From the NCBI GenBank assembly GCA_963925275.1, contig CAWUSQ010000001.1:1886-65885 (forward strand): a stretch of DNA of 64,000 nt. The letters are read 5' to 3'. This document shows positions 21,294 through 31,214 of the stretch, piece by piece. Position 1 is the stretch's first letter, and each line of letters opens with the position of its first letter. The DNA comes from an uncultured Rhodoferax sp. GTDB lineage: Bacteria > Pseudomonadota > Gammaproteobacteria > Burkholderiales > Burkholderiaceae_C. Both the position numbers and the translations under genes were made by a program. Below the pieces are notes generated by a model. That model did not search any database. It saw only the letters and a program-made list of their open reading frames with translations, and was not told where the DNA came from.

Positions 21294-21659
21294 TCAGGCG
21301 TGAGATTCGGCTTGTTGTGCTTTACGTGAATCTTCACGATCAACCGTCTTCATCATGGATGAAGGACCAGTGTCCGCTTTTTTCTTCAGCACGGTCAAAT
21401 GACGCAACACCGCATCGTTGAATTTGAACGCATGCTCAAGTTCAGCCATAACAGCCTGATCAGCTTCGATGTTGACGCACAGGTAATGTGCTTTGGCCAG
21501 CTTGTTGATCATGTAGACCATTTGGCGGCGACCCCAGTCTTCAACGCGGTGGATCTTGCCGCCGCCGGCTGTGATCATGCCTTTGTAACGCTCCAGCATG
21601 GCTGGAACTTGTTCGCTCTGATCCGGGTGGATCATGAGGATGATTTCATAATGACGCAT
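21294..21659 (-). CDS. rpsF: 30S ribosomal protein S6
   Basis: [14 protein letters not shown] start. Trimmed to the ATG at 21659, preceded by AAGGAG. Confidence 0.95.
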   Translation of the reverse strand: MRHYEIILMIHPDQSEQVPAMLERYKGMITAGGGKIHRVEDWGRRQMVYMINKLAKAHYLCVNIEADQAVMAELEHAFKFNDAVLRHLTVLKKKADTGPSSMMKTVDREDSRKAQQAESHA

Positions 21660-21887
21660 TGACACTCCTTGTGGAATAAACCTCAACTGAGGCAAAAAGC
21701 CACCCTCCGCGTCTAACCGAGGTGTGGCAAGGTAAGCCCGTGATTATAACGCTTTAGCACAATCAAGACGCAGCTTGGGCTGGGCGCCCCGCCAGTTCGG
21801 GCATTGGGCAAGCGTGGCCTTCGCCTGTGCGGACCGCCCACAGGTCGGCCAAGTCCGGCACCTGCGAACGCCTGCTTTACCCCAGCC

Positions 21888-24281
21888 TCAGGACTTTGCC
21901 AGCGCCTGCCAAGTGGCAATCACCGAATCCGGATTCAATGAAATCGACGTGATGCCCTGCTCCACCAGCCACTTTGCAAAATCTGGGTGGTCGCTGGGAC
22001 CCTGGCCACAAATACCCACGTACTTGCCTTCGGCGACGCAGGCGCTGATGGCCATGCTGATCAGCGCCGTCACCGCGGGGTCACGCTCATCAAAGTCATG
22101 CGCCAGCAACTCCAAGCCAGAGTCGCGGTCCAGGCCCAAAGTGAGCTGGGTCAAATCGTTGGAACCAATCGAAAATCCATCGAAGTACTGCAGGTAATCC
22201 TTGGCCAAAACTGCGTTACTGGGGATTTCACACATCATGATGTGTTTCAAACCATCCACGCCACGTTTCAAGCCCTTACTGGATAACAAGTCCGTGACTT
22301 TCCTGGCCTGCTCGAGCGTGCGCACAAACGGCACCATGATTTCCACATTGGTCAGACCCATGTCAGTTCGAACACGCTTGAGCGCCTCACACTCCATGGC
22401 AAATGCCTCGCCGAACTCTTTGCTCACGTAACGTGCAGCGCCACGAAAGCCCAGCATTGGGTTTTCTTCCTCGGGCTCATAGCGGCTGCCGCCGATCAAC
22501 TTGCGGTATTCGTTGCTCTTGAAGTCAGACAGGCGAACAATCACTGGTTTGGGCCAGAATGCCGCGGCAATCGTCGCCACACCCTCTGCCACCTTGTCAA
22601 CGTAAAAAGCGCGGGGGCTGGCGTGGCCCCGGGCCACCGATTCCACCGCTTTTTTAAGGTCAGGGTCCACATTGGGGTAATCCAAAATTGCTTTGGGGTG
22701 CACGCCAATGTTGTTGTTGATGATGAACTCGAGTCGGGCCAAGCCGACGCCTGCATTGGGCAATTGGCAAAAATCAAACGCGAGTTGCGGGTTGCCAATG
22801 TTCATGGAAATCTTCACGGAAATCTCGGGCATTTCACCGCGCTGCACTTCGGTCACCTCGGTTTCCAGCAAACCGTCGTAGATCAAACCGGTGTCGCCTT
22901 CTGCGCAACTGACCGTCACCAGCATGCCGTCTTTGAGGATTTCATCAGCGTTACCACAGCCAACCACAGCTGGGATGCCCAACTCGCGGGCGATGATGGC
23001 CGCGTGACAAGTACGTCCACCACGGTTGGTCACGATGGCGGAGGCCCGCTTCATCACCGGCTCCCAATTGGGGTCTGTCATGTCCGTGACCAAGATATCA
23101 CCGGGCTGAACCTGGTCCATCTCACTGATGTCATGTACCACGCGAACTGAGCCAGTGCCAATCTTTTGACCAATCGCCCGCCCTTCCACCAAAACCGTGC
23201 TGCTTCCCTTGAGGGTATAGCGGTGCTCGGCCTTACCAGCGGCCTGGCTCTTGACGGTCTCTGGACGTGCTTGCAGGATATAGATCTCACCGTCCAAACC
23301 GTCCTTACCCCACTCAATGTCCATTGCGCGACCATAGTGTTCCTCAATCACGAGTGCATAAGCGGCCAACTTTTGCACATCGGCATCACTCAATGAATAG
23401 CGGTTGCGCAACTCAGTGGGCACATCGGTGGTTTTGACCAGATCGCCCGTTGCCGCCTTTTCCTGAGCGGTTGAAAATTCCATTTTGATGAGCTTAGAGC
23501 CCAGACTTCGGCGAATGATGGCCTGTTTGCCCGCCCTCAACATCGGCTTGTGCACATAGAACTCATCCGGATTGACGGCACCTTGCACCACGGTTTCGCC
23601 CAAACCGTAGCTGGAGGTAATGAACACCACCTGATCAAAGCCGGATTCGGTATCGATCGTGAACATCACGCCAGCGGCCCCGATATCGGAGCGCACCATG
23701 CGCTGAATGCCAGCACTCAATGCGACGTGTTCGTGCGCAAAGCCTTTGTGCACGCGGTAGCTGATGGCACGATCGTTGTACAGCGAAGCAAACACTTCCT
23801 TGATTTTGTGCAAAACCGCTTCGATACCAGTGACGTTCAAAAAGGTTTCTTGTTGACCCGCAAAAGATGCGTCGGGCAAATCTTCAGCGGTTGCTGAAGA
23901 GCGCACCGCAAACGATGCCTGCTCGCTGTCCGCGCTTAAGGTCGCAAAAGCGGCTCGAATCGCTGCCTCAAGATCGGCAGGAAAAGGCTGTGACTGCACC
24001 ATGGCACGGATTTGCGCACCGACCACCACCAAAGCGTTGACATCGTCGGTGTTCAAGTTGTCAAGACGCGTCTTGATTTTTTCCGCAAGACCATCAAACG
24101 CCAAAAAGTTCCGAAACGCGTGCGCCGTGGTCGCAAAGCCCGTGGGCACTTTCACCCCAGTAGGCAAATTAGAAATCATCTCACCAAGACTTGCATTTTT
24201 GCCCCCGACTGAGTCGACATCGTCCATTCGAAGTCGCTCAAAGGGCACGACCAAGTCGTCGGCTGAAAATAGTGCGGGCAT
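21888..24281 (-). CDS. ppsA: phosphoenolpyruvate synthase (pyruvate, water dikinase)
   Basis: 797 aa with [10 protein letters not shown], phosphohistidine loop [13 protein letters not shown] and a C-terminal PEP-utilising domain. Confidence 0.96.
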   Translation of the reverse strand: MPALFSADDLVVPFERLRMDDVDSVGGKNASLGEMISNLPTGVKVPTGFATTAHAFRNFLAFDGLAEKIKTRLDNLNTDDVNALVVVGAQIRAMVQSQPFPADLEAAIRAAFATLSADSEQASFAVRSSATAEDLPDASFAGQQETFLNVTGIEAVLHKIKEVFASLYNDRAISYRVHKGFAHEHVALSAGIQRMVRSDIGAAGVMFTIDTESGFDQVVFITSSYGLGETVVQGAVNPDEFYVHKPMLRAGKQAIIRRSLGSKLIKMEFSTAQEKAATGDLVKTTDVPTELRNRYSLSDADVQKLAAYALVIEEHYGRAMDIEWGKDGLDGEIYILQARPETVKSQAAGKAEHRYTLKGSSTVLVEGRAIGQKIGTGSVRVVHDISEMDQVQPGDILVTDMTDPNWEPVMKRASAIVTNRGGRTCHAAIIARELGIPAVVGCGNADEILKDGMLVTVSCAEGDTGLIYDGLLETEVTEVQRGEMPEISVKISMNIGNPQLAFDFCQLPNAGVGLARLEFIINNNIGVHPKAILDYPNVDPDLKKAVESVARGHASPRAFYVDKVAEGVATIAAAFWPKPVIVRLSDFKSNEYRKLIGGSRYEPEEENPMLGFRGAARYVSKEFGEAFAMECEALKRVRTDMGLTNVEIMVPFVRTLEQARKVTDLLSSKGLKRGVDGLKHIMMCEIPSNAVLAKDYLQYFDGFSIGSNDLTQLTLGLDRDSGLELLAHDFDERDPAVTALISMAISACVAEGKYVGICGQGPSDHPDFAKWLVEQGITSISLNPDSVIATWQALAKS

Positions 24282-24507
24282 GACAAACTCCTGAAGTTAA
24301 GAATATGGTTTCGACATGGCCCGGCAAGCGGGCGCATGGAGGTCTGGCCTGATTGGTCTTTTACTCGTACGGGTATAGCCAGACGGCAATGAAAATTAGT
24401 CTGATAATGAACCATTGTAGGTGTACGGGTATGCCGGCTGTAACCACCAGACCCCCTCAAGCCGACCTGTTTTTTAGCACTATCTGCACCGATCAGGTGT
24501 CTTCAAA

Positions 24508-25329
24508 ATGTCTAACCGCACGGTATTTTTTGTCTCCGATGGCACTGGAATAACAGCCGAAACCTTTGGCAATGCCATCTTGGCCCAATTCGAGTCCAAC
24601 TTGCACCGCGTGCGTCTGCCATTCGTGGACACTGTGGACAAAGCACATCAAGCGGTTCGTCAAATCAACCACACGGGCAATCAGGATCAAACAAAACCAA
24701 TTGTCTTCATCACCTTGGCCAATGAAGCGGTCTTGAGTGTGATTCAGCTGCATTGCCAGGGCTTCTTGATGGACATGATCAGCACCTTTGTGCAACCATT
24801 GGAAAAAGAACTCAACATCAAGTCCAACCACCGAACTGGGCGGTTTAGCGATTCCAGCAAGAGTGAACAATACCAATCTCGCATCGAAGCCATCAACTTC
24901 TCGCTTGACCACGACGATGGCCAGTCACACCGAGACTTGGCCAGCTCGGATGTGATTTTGGTGGGTGTGAGCCGTAGCGGCAAAACACCAACCTCGCTGT
25001 ACTTGGCTATGCAATACGGCCTCAAGGCGTCCAACTACCCACTGATCCCTGAGGATTTTGAGCGCAGAGACTTGCCCCCCGCGCTTAAACCCCATAAAAA
25101 CAGGCTGTTTGGGCTCACCATCCTGCCCGAACGTTTGAGCGAAATTCGCAATGAGCGTCGACCAAATTCCCAATACGCTTCACTGGAAAACTGCCGTCAC
25201 GAGGTCCGCGAGGCAGAGTCCATGATGAGGCGCTTCGGGATCCGATGGTTATCCACCACCACCAAGTCAATTGAAGAAATCTCAACAACCATCCTGCAAG
25301 AGTTGCGCCCCGAGCGCTTGAATTACTGA
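24508..25329 (+). CDS. ppsR: PEP synthase regulatory protein (bifunctional kinase/pyrophosphorylase)
   Basis: 273 aa with VFFVSDGTGITAE and P-loop GVSRSGKTPTS. Divergent from ppsA. Confidence 0.92.
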   Translation: MSNRTVFFVSDGTGITAETFGNAILAQFESNLHRVRLPFVDTVDKAHQAVRQINHTGNQDQTKPIVFITLANEAVLSVIQLHCQGFLMDMISTFVQPLEKELNIKSNHRTGRFSDSSKSEQYQSRIEAINFSLDHDDGQSHRDLASSDVILVGVSRSGKTPTSLYLAMQYGLKASNYPLIPEDFERRDLPPALKPHKNRLFGLTILPERLSEIRNERRPNSQYASLENCRHEVREAESMMRRFGIRWLSTTTKSIEEISTTILQELRPERLNY

Positions 25330-25484
25330 GTCCGGTCTGGCGTTATTGGCATCGAACAGGAGATTAAACCTGAGACAGCCGCCCCACTGCACGCGCAATC
25401 TGCGCGTCTTCGCTGGGCTTGACACCACGCAGGCCCAATGTACGACAGATACCCTCACAAACAGTAGGTGCCTTGGGCTGTGTG

Positions 25485-25513
25485 TTGAGGCTGCACGCGC
25501 TGTATCCTAAAAT
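25485..25513 (+). promoter_or_regulatory. putative sigma70 promoter for the BI-1/YccA gene
   Basis: TTGAGG-17 nt-TAAAAT, ~40 nt upstream of the ATG, which has an AAGGAG SD. Confidence 0.4.
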
Positions 25514-25554
25514 GATTCACATGTATACATTTCAACAGCAAAGGAGTTAACAAC

Positions 25555-26250
25555 ATGACTGACCGCTTTCAGACCCTGGACAGCCGTTTTGGATATGGCG
25601 CTGGCGTACAGGAGCGTAACCGCGTCCTGCGCAACACGTATTGGTTGCTGGCGCTCAGTTTGTTGCCCACCGTACTGGGCGCATGGTTGGGCGTAGCCAC
25701 GGGCATTACCCAGTCGCTTAGCGGCGGCCTGGGCTTGGTTATTTTTCTCGGTGGCGCATTTGGCTTCGTATTTGCCATCGAAAAAACAAAGAACTCGGCG
25801 GCGGGTATACCAGTTTTGTTGGGCTTCACCTTCTTCATGGGATTGATGCTGTCGCGCATGATTGCCATGGTGCTGGGTTTCAAAAATGGTCCCGAGCTGA
25901 TCATGACCGCGTTTGGCGGAACAGCTGGCGTGTTCTTCGCCATGGCCAGTTTGTCCAGCTTCATCAAACGCGATCTCAGCGGCATGGGCAAATGGCTGTT
26001 TATCGGCGCCTTGACAGTTGTGGTGGGCGGCATCATCAACGTGTTTGTCGGCTCAACTGCTGGCATGATGGCCATCTCCATGATGGCCATTGGCGTGTTC
26101 AGCGCCTACATGCTCTACGACTTGAAGCGAATCATCGATGGTGGCGAGACCAATTACATCAGCGCCACTTTGGCTCTCTACTTGGACATCGTCAACGTGT
26201 TCCAAAGCTTGCTGATGCTGCTTGGCCTAATGGGTGGCGAACGCGATTAA
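25555..26250 (+). CDS. Bax inhibitor-1/YccA family membrane protein
   Basis: 231 aa with 7 hydrophobic spans, NTYWLLALSL near the N-terminus and a YLDI.N.F C-terminal motif. Confidence 0.85.
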   Translation: MTDRFQTLDSRFGYGAGVQERNRVLRNTYWLLALSLLPTVLGAWLGVATGITQSLSGGLGLVIFLGGAFGFVFAIEKTKNSAAGIPVLLGFTFFMGLMLSRMIAMVLGFKNGPELIMTAFGGTAGVFFAMASLSSFIKRDLSGMGKWLFIGALTVVVGGIINVFVGSTAGMMAISMMAIGVFSAYMLYDLKRIIDGGETNYISATLALYLDIVNVFQSLLMLLGLMGGERD

Positions 26251-26273
26251 AAACACGCGCCTCACTAAAATAA

Positions 26274-26296
26274 ATGGCCCCGTGGGGCCATTTTTT
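26274..26296. terminator. bidirectional hairpin terminator between the BI-1 gene and rlmD
   Basis: ATGGCCCC-GT-GGGGCCAT flanked by A-run and T-run. It abuts the stop codons of both convergent genes. Confidence 0.7.
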
Positions 26297-27758
26297 ATGC
26301 CTGCATCGCACCCGGCTCATCTGTGCGCTCAAAAACAGCCATGCTCTCGACATGCGCGGTATGCGGAAACATGTTCACAACGCCTGCTGCTGTGCAGGTG
26401 TAGCCCGCCTGGTGCACCAGCACGTCAGCGTCACGTGCCAAGGTAGACGGGTTGCAGCTGACGTAGACAATGCGTCGCGGGGGCTTCCAATTTTCAGAGC
26501 CGGGCGTCAGCACAACATCGGGATTACCCAAACCTTGTTGATGTAAGTCAGCCAAGGCGCGTACCAAAGCAAACGCACCTTCGCGTGGCGGGTCCACCAA
26601 CCATTTGTCAGCATACCCATCGGCCATCAACATGCTGGGCGTCATCTCAAACAAATTGCGCGCCACGAATGTTGTCTCGGCAAACCGCGTACTGCTTGCG
26701 CAGCGGCTGCGGTTGAAGGCCAAATTGTCGCGTGAGCGTGCCACCAATGCTTCGCTGCCTTCAACGCCCAGAACCTGAGCGGCTTGCGTAGCAATTGGCA
26801 GGGTGAAGTTGCCCAGACCACAAAACCAATCAATCACCCGCTCATGGCGCTGCGCGCCAAGCAAGACCAAGGCGCGCGCCACCAACACCTGGTTGATCTG
26901 TGGATTCACCTGAGTGAAGTCGGTCGGCTTGAATGGCATGAGCACACCGAACGCTGGCAAACTGTATGTCAAAGTGGGGGCTTGCGGATCCAACAGTTGA
27001 ACCGTCTCCGGACCCTTGGACTGCAACCACCACTGGACCATTGGGTGCGCACTGGCAAAGGCGCGTAAACGCGCCAAATCTTCGGCACACAAGGGCTCCA
27101 GATGGCGCAAAACCAGGGCCGTCACCGCCTCACCACAGGCCAACTCAATTTGCGGACAGGTTTCACGCGCTTCAAGAGAGCCAATCAGGGCACGCAAAGG
27201 CATCAGCATGGCGCTGACATGCGCGGGCAGAACGGGGCACACCTGCATGTCGGCCACATACCGGCTTTTACGCTCGTGGAAACCAACCAGAACCGTGTCT
27301 TTCTTGATCACGTAGCGCACCGACAGTCGTGCACGGTAGCGGTAACCCCAGCTTGGTCCGTCAATGGGGCGCAAGATCTGTTCGGCACGTACTTTGCCCA
27401 GGTGCCACAAGCTGTCCTCCAAAGCGCGCTGCTTCACCGCGAGTTGGGCGGCGGGTTGCAGATGCTGCATTTTGCAGCCTCCGCAAGCGCCTGTATGCAG
27501 CCCGAAGTGAGGACATCCAGGCTCTACACGCTGAGACGATGTGCGGTGCACTTTGGTCAGCGTACCCTGCTCCCAATTGTTTTTATGTCGGTTGATGTTG
27601 GCGCTCACGTACTCAAAAGGAAGTGCGCCTTCAATGAACACCACCTTGCCATCGGCTTTGTGCGCAACGCCTTGGGCGTCCAGGTCAAGAGACTCAACAA
27701 GAAGCCAGTCGGGATGCGGGGCATCAGCGCGAGGCGCTGGCTCAGAGGTATCGGTCAT
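26295..27758 (-). CDS. rlmD: 23S rRNA (uracil1939-C5)-methyltransferase RlmD (RumA)
   Basis: 487 aa with TRAM-like N-terminus, Cys cluster CPHFG...CGGCKMQH and SAM-MTase motifs DPPR / [12 protein letters not shown]. Confidence 0.88.
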   Translation of the reverse strand: MTDTSEPAPRADAPHPDWLLVESLDLDAQGVAHKADGKVVFIEGALPFEYVSANINRHKNNWEQGTLTKVHRTSSQRVEPGCPHFGLHTGACGGCKMQHLQPAAQLAVKQRALEDSLWHLGKVRAEQILRPIDGPSWGYRYRARLSVRYVIKKDTVLVGFHERKSRYVADMQVCPVLPAHVSAMLMPLRALIGSLEARETCPQIELACGEAVTALVLRHLEPLCAEDLARLRAFASAHPMVQWWLQSKGPETVQLLDPQAPTLTYSLPAFGVLMPFKPTDFTQVNPQINQVLVARALVLLGAQRHERVIDWFCGLGNFTLPIATQAAQVLGVEGSEALVARSRDNLAFNRSRCASSTRFAETTFVARNLFEMTPSMLMADGYADKWLVDPPREGAFALVRALADLHQQGLGNPDVVLTPGSENWKPPRRIVYVSCNPSTLARDADVLVHQAGYTCTAAGVVNMFPHTAHVESMAVFERTDEPGAMQA

Positions 27759-27811
27759 GCTGTAAAAGAATCCGGAAAACGGGGCCTAGGAAAAAGGCCC
27801 GCGGGCGCGGC

Positions 27812-28657
27812 CTAACGCGCAGGGAGGTATTTGGATGGATCGACCGGTTTGCCCTGGCGACGAACCTCGAAATGCAGCTTCACGCTGTCGGTATCACTGT
27901 TGCCCATTTCGGCAATTTTTTGCCCCTTCAGGACGGTCTGATCTTCCTTCACCAACAAGGCCTGGTTGTGGGCGTAGGCGGTCAAAAACACATTGTCATG
28001 CTTGAGGATGATCAAATTACCGTAACCACGCAAACCGGACCCCACATAGACCACACGGCCATCAGCCACCGCCAGCACGGGTGATCCCGCATCACCAGCG
28101 ATGTCCAGGCCCTTGTTTTTCAACTCATCAAACCCAGCAACCACCACGCCATCGGCCGGCCACATCCAGGTGATGGCGCTCTTAGCGTCTGCAGGTTGAT
28201 CACTTCCCGCTGGCGGGGTGCCAGCCTGCGTCACTGCGACTTTGGGCGCATTCACTGACCTGGCCACCACAACTGGGCTGGAGATAGGCCTGACGACGAC
28301 CGTCTCCCCTGCTGGCGGCTCCACCCTCAGCACTTGACCGACTTCGATACGGTTGGGGTTTTTCACCTGGCTCCAACGGGCAATGTCGTTCGCCGACTGG
28401 CCGCTGTCCAATGCGATGCGAATCAAGGTGTCACCTGGCTTGACGGTGTAATAACCTGGCTTGCCCGCGTTCTCAAATCCTTGCGGAGGCTTGACGGGTG
28501 TCTCCACGGGAACCGTCGTCTTGCTGGCGCTGCTCACAGACCCGGTTCGGTCCTCTACGGGCGCGCGGTTCAAGCGGCTTGAAGTACAAGCCGAAAGCAC
28601 GAGCACCACCAGCACAGCAGACACTGCAAACAATCGACGACCAAGCATTCCCAACAT
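27812..28657 (-). CDS. nlpD: LysM + M23 peptidase lipoprotein (NlpD-like)
   Basis: Lipobox LVLSAC, LysM YTVKPGDTLIRIA and an M23 C-terminal domain (HFEVR..GKPVDP). Start trimmed from 28834 to the ATG at 28657, with GAAGGA upstream. Confidence 0.85.
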   Translation of the reverse strand: MLGMLGRRLFAVSAVLVVLVLSACTSSRLNRAPVEDRTGSVSSASKTTVPVETPVKPPQGFENAGKPGYYTVKPGDTLIRIALDSGQSANDIARWSQVKNPNRIEVGQVLRVEPPAGETVVVRPISSPVVVARSVNAPKVAVTQAGTPPAGSDQPADAKSAITWMWPADGVVVAGFDELKNKGLDIAGDAGSPVLAVADGRVVYVGSGLRGYGNLIILKHDNVFLTAYAHNQALLVKEDQTVLKGQKIAEMGNSDTDSVKLHFEVRRQGKPVDPSKYLPAR

Positions 28658-28668
28658 AGCACTTTCCT

Positions 28669-29469
28669 TCAAGCAACACCTGATTTTAGAGGAACGAAAT
28701 GAACTGTCTCCAACACCTGCCGATGCCAGCCCTGTGCGGTTTTTTCCACCACCACCAGCTCCTGCCGACCAGGCGTGGCGCCTGCGGCCACGGGTGCGAC
28801 CAAACGCGCACCCACCGCCAACTGATCCAGCCAAGCCTCTGGAATTGAATCACCACCAGCTGCGGCAATGATGCCCGCATACGGTGCGCCCTTGGCATAG
28901 CCCAACATCCCATCGCCAAACAGCAAATGTACATTGCGCAAGCGCAAGTGGCGCAAGTTTTCACGCGCTTTGTCATGCAAACCACGCAGTCGCTCAATCG
29001 AGTAAACCTCTGTGCACACATGGCTCAACAAAGCAGCCTGATAGCCGCAACCAGTTCCGATTTCAAGGACACGTCCAAGACGACCGCTTTGGCCTTGACA
29101 GAGTAGTTCAAGCATATGCGCCACCACCCCCGGCTTGGAAATGGTCTGCCCCAGCCCAATGGGCAAACTGGTGTCTTCATAGGACTGGTTAACCAAGGCT
29201 GAGTCAACAAAGCGGTGACGCTCAACCAAGCCCATAGCCAGTAGCACCCGGGCATCGGCTATGCCCTGCGCGGCCAACTTACGCACCATGTTGTTGCGCA
29301 CTGCACTGGAGTCCAGCCCGACCCCACTGGCCAAATGTGCAGGCGCGAGCGGCTGGCGCCCACCCCCCGAAGTAGCGCCAAGGGGCGCCTGAGCTATGGA
29401 CGCAGGACCCAGACGCGCCGGAAATCCTGGACGTTTTTTGGGTACGACCGGCACAGGCACTCGCATCAA
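28669..29469 (-). CDS. pcm: protein-L-isoaspartate O-methyltransferase
   Basis: SAM motif VLEIGTGCGYQAA. The ORF carries an ~60-aa Pro/Gly/Ala-rich N-terminal extension, and an internal start (MVRKLAAQGI, ~206 aa) is possible. Confidence 0.85.
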   Translation of the reverse strand: MMRVPVPVVPKKRPGFPARLGPASIAQAPLGATSGGGRQPLAPAHLASGVGLDSSAVRNNMVRKLAAQGIADARVLLAMGLVERHRFVDSALVNQSYEDTSLPIGLGQTISKPGVVAHMLELLCQGQSGRLGRVLEIGTGCGYQAALLSHVCTEVYSIERLRGLHDKARENLRHLRLRNVHLLFGDGMLGYAKGAPYAGIIAAAGGDSIPEAWLDQLAVGARLVAPVAAGATPGRQELVVVEKTAQGWHRQVLETVHFVPLKSGVA

Positions 29470-29473
29470 CTCA

Positions 29474-30238
29474 TCACCCTCTAGACCACAGGCGGGCAGC
29501 AGTTTGCGCCCAATAGCCCAGACTTTCGTGGTCAGTCAGGTCAACCTTCAAAGGAGTCAGGGACACGTGACCTTGGGCCGTGGCATGGAAATCGGTGCCA
29601 TCAGCATCGTCCTTGGCTTGTCCGGCGGCACCAATCCAGTACATGGTTTCACCGCGCGGGCTTTGCTGTTGGATGACCGGCTCAGCCGCATGACGCCGGC
29701 CTAAACGGCATAGCTTCAGGTGACCGATCGACTCAATAGGCAGGTTGGGGATGTTGACGTTGAGCAGCCAGGCGGCCTTCCCGATCAAATGTTGTTCAAC
29801 CATCTGCAACACCAGGCTGCGCGCACGCTCAGCAGCCGCGTCCAAATGGCGCCAATTGCGCTCCACCTGTGAAAATGCAATGGCTGGAACGCCGAACAAA
29901 TAACCTTCCATGGCAGCGCCAACCGTACCGGAATAAATCGTGTCGTCGCCCATGTTGGCACCATTGTTGATACCCGAGACCACCAGGTCCGGCCGGTAAT
30001 CGAGCAAACCGGTCATGGCAATGTGCACGCAGTCCGCAGGGGTGCCGTTGACATAACGGAAACCGTTTTCCGCCGTGTTCACAGACAGCGGCGTGTGCAA
30101 GGTCAAAGCATTGGACTTGGCACTGTTATTGTGCTCTGGCGCCACCACCTCCACATCCGCAACGTCTTTCAAGGCCTCATACAAAGCCACGATGCCAGGA
30201 GCCCTGTAGCCATCGTCATTGGAGATCAGTATTTTCAT
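29474..30238 (-). CDS. surE: 5'/3'-nucleotidase SurE
   Basis: [10 protein letters not shown] start, GINNGANMG. Trimmed to the ATG at 30238. Confidence 0.93.
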   Translation of the reverse strand: MKILISNDDGYRAPGIVALYEALKDVADVEVVAPEHNNSAKSNALTLHTPLSVNTAENGFRYVNGTPADCVHIAMTGLLDYRPDLVVSGINNGANMGDDTIYSGTVGAAMEGYLFGVPAIAFSQVERNWRHLDAAAERARSLVLQMVEQHLIGKAAWLLNVNIPNLPIESIGHLKLCRLGRRHAAEPVIQQQSPRGETMYWIGAAGQAKDDADGTDFHATAQGHVSLTPLKVDLTDHESLGYWAQTAARLWSRG

Positions 30239-30359
30239 GGTGTTGCCTATTTTGGCCCAAATTGTAGGTTGCGCCAGCCACGCGGCTCTGTACAAAAAAC
30301 TGCAGTCAACCCCGCAGCGCCGGCTCTGCTTTGAATCGCGTCAGTGGCGGCTGCGCAGC

Positions 30360-31175
30360 TCAGAACAAACCGCGGCTTGCACGCAGCAGCATCATGACGG
30401 CGACCACGATACAGATCCACGCGAAGGCTTGTTGTAAGCGCGCAGGTTTGACACGGTGGGCCAGTTGTCGCCCGCCCAACAGTGACAAAACAGCGCCGCC
30501 CGCAAACGGCAGCGCCACCGGCCATGACAAGGAGCCCTGTGCACTGGCAGCCGCAACGCCACTGACCGAGACCAGGGCAATGACCGCCAGGGAAGTCACC
30601 TGAATGCTGCGAATATCCAAATCCGTGTGTCGCAAGAGTGAGGGAATGATTACAAAGCCGCCCCCTACACCCAAGAGCCCGCTGAGCAGCCCCGAGAACA
30701 TACCGGTTCCAGACAACGCCAGCGCGCACAGCCAGTTCCAGCTCAAGCGCCCATCTTGCGTTCTCACCATGCAAGCCACGCGGTTGGTTCGGCTTGGAGG
30801 CGAGGTGTGCAGCGCACGCCAGGCTGAATACGCCAAAATCATCGCAAAGGCCGCCATCAATGGTCGGTCAGACACCCGCGGTGCCAGCCACACACCCAAG
30901 GGCGCAAGCAACATACCCCAAGCGCCAATCAAAACTGCAGCACGGTAGCGCACAATGCCTTCGCGCAAGCCCAAGCCTGCACCAACAGCAGCTGCACAGC
31001 CCACGGCAATCAAACCGACTGGCGCGGCTTGTTGCACTGATAAATGCAGGCCAAACACCAGCAATGGGATTGACAACACACCACCGCCGGCGCCCGTGAA
31101 GGCCAAGATCAGGCCGATGAGCGCACCCAAAGCAAACGCCAATAAGGTCATGTCCATGAATGCTTGGCCTGACAT
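30360..31175 (-). CDS. TauE/SafE family sulfite-exporter-like membrane protein
   Basis: 271 aa, Gly-rich polytopic protein with two similar halves (GAGGGV / GVGGGF). Confidence 0.7.
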   Translation of the reverse strand: MSGQAFMDMTLLAFALGALIGLILAFTGAGGGVLSIPLLVFGLHLSVQQAAPVGLIAVGCAAAVGAGLGLREGIVRYRAAVLIGAWGMLLAPLGVWLAPRVSDRPLMAAFAMILAYSAWRALHTSPPSRTNRVACMVRTQDGRLSWNWLCALALSGTGMFSGLLSGLLGVGGGFVIIPSLLRHTDLDIRSIQVTSLAVIALVSVSGVAAASAQGSLSWPVALPFAGGAVLSLLGGRQLAHRVKPARLQQAFAWICIVVAVMMLLRASRGLF

Positions 31176-31214
31176 TGCTTCAATGCGCGAAGTTGTTGCA
31201 TGGTCGGTATCGCC

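Noticed and set aside
28658-28834. N-terminal extension of the NlpD ORF overlapping pcm
   Set aside because: A lipoprotein signal peptide (MLGMLGRRLF...LSAC) with an SD begins at 28657. The extension is Gly/Arg-rich and overlaps the pcm 3' end.
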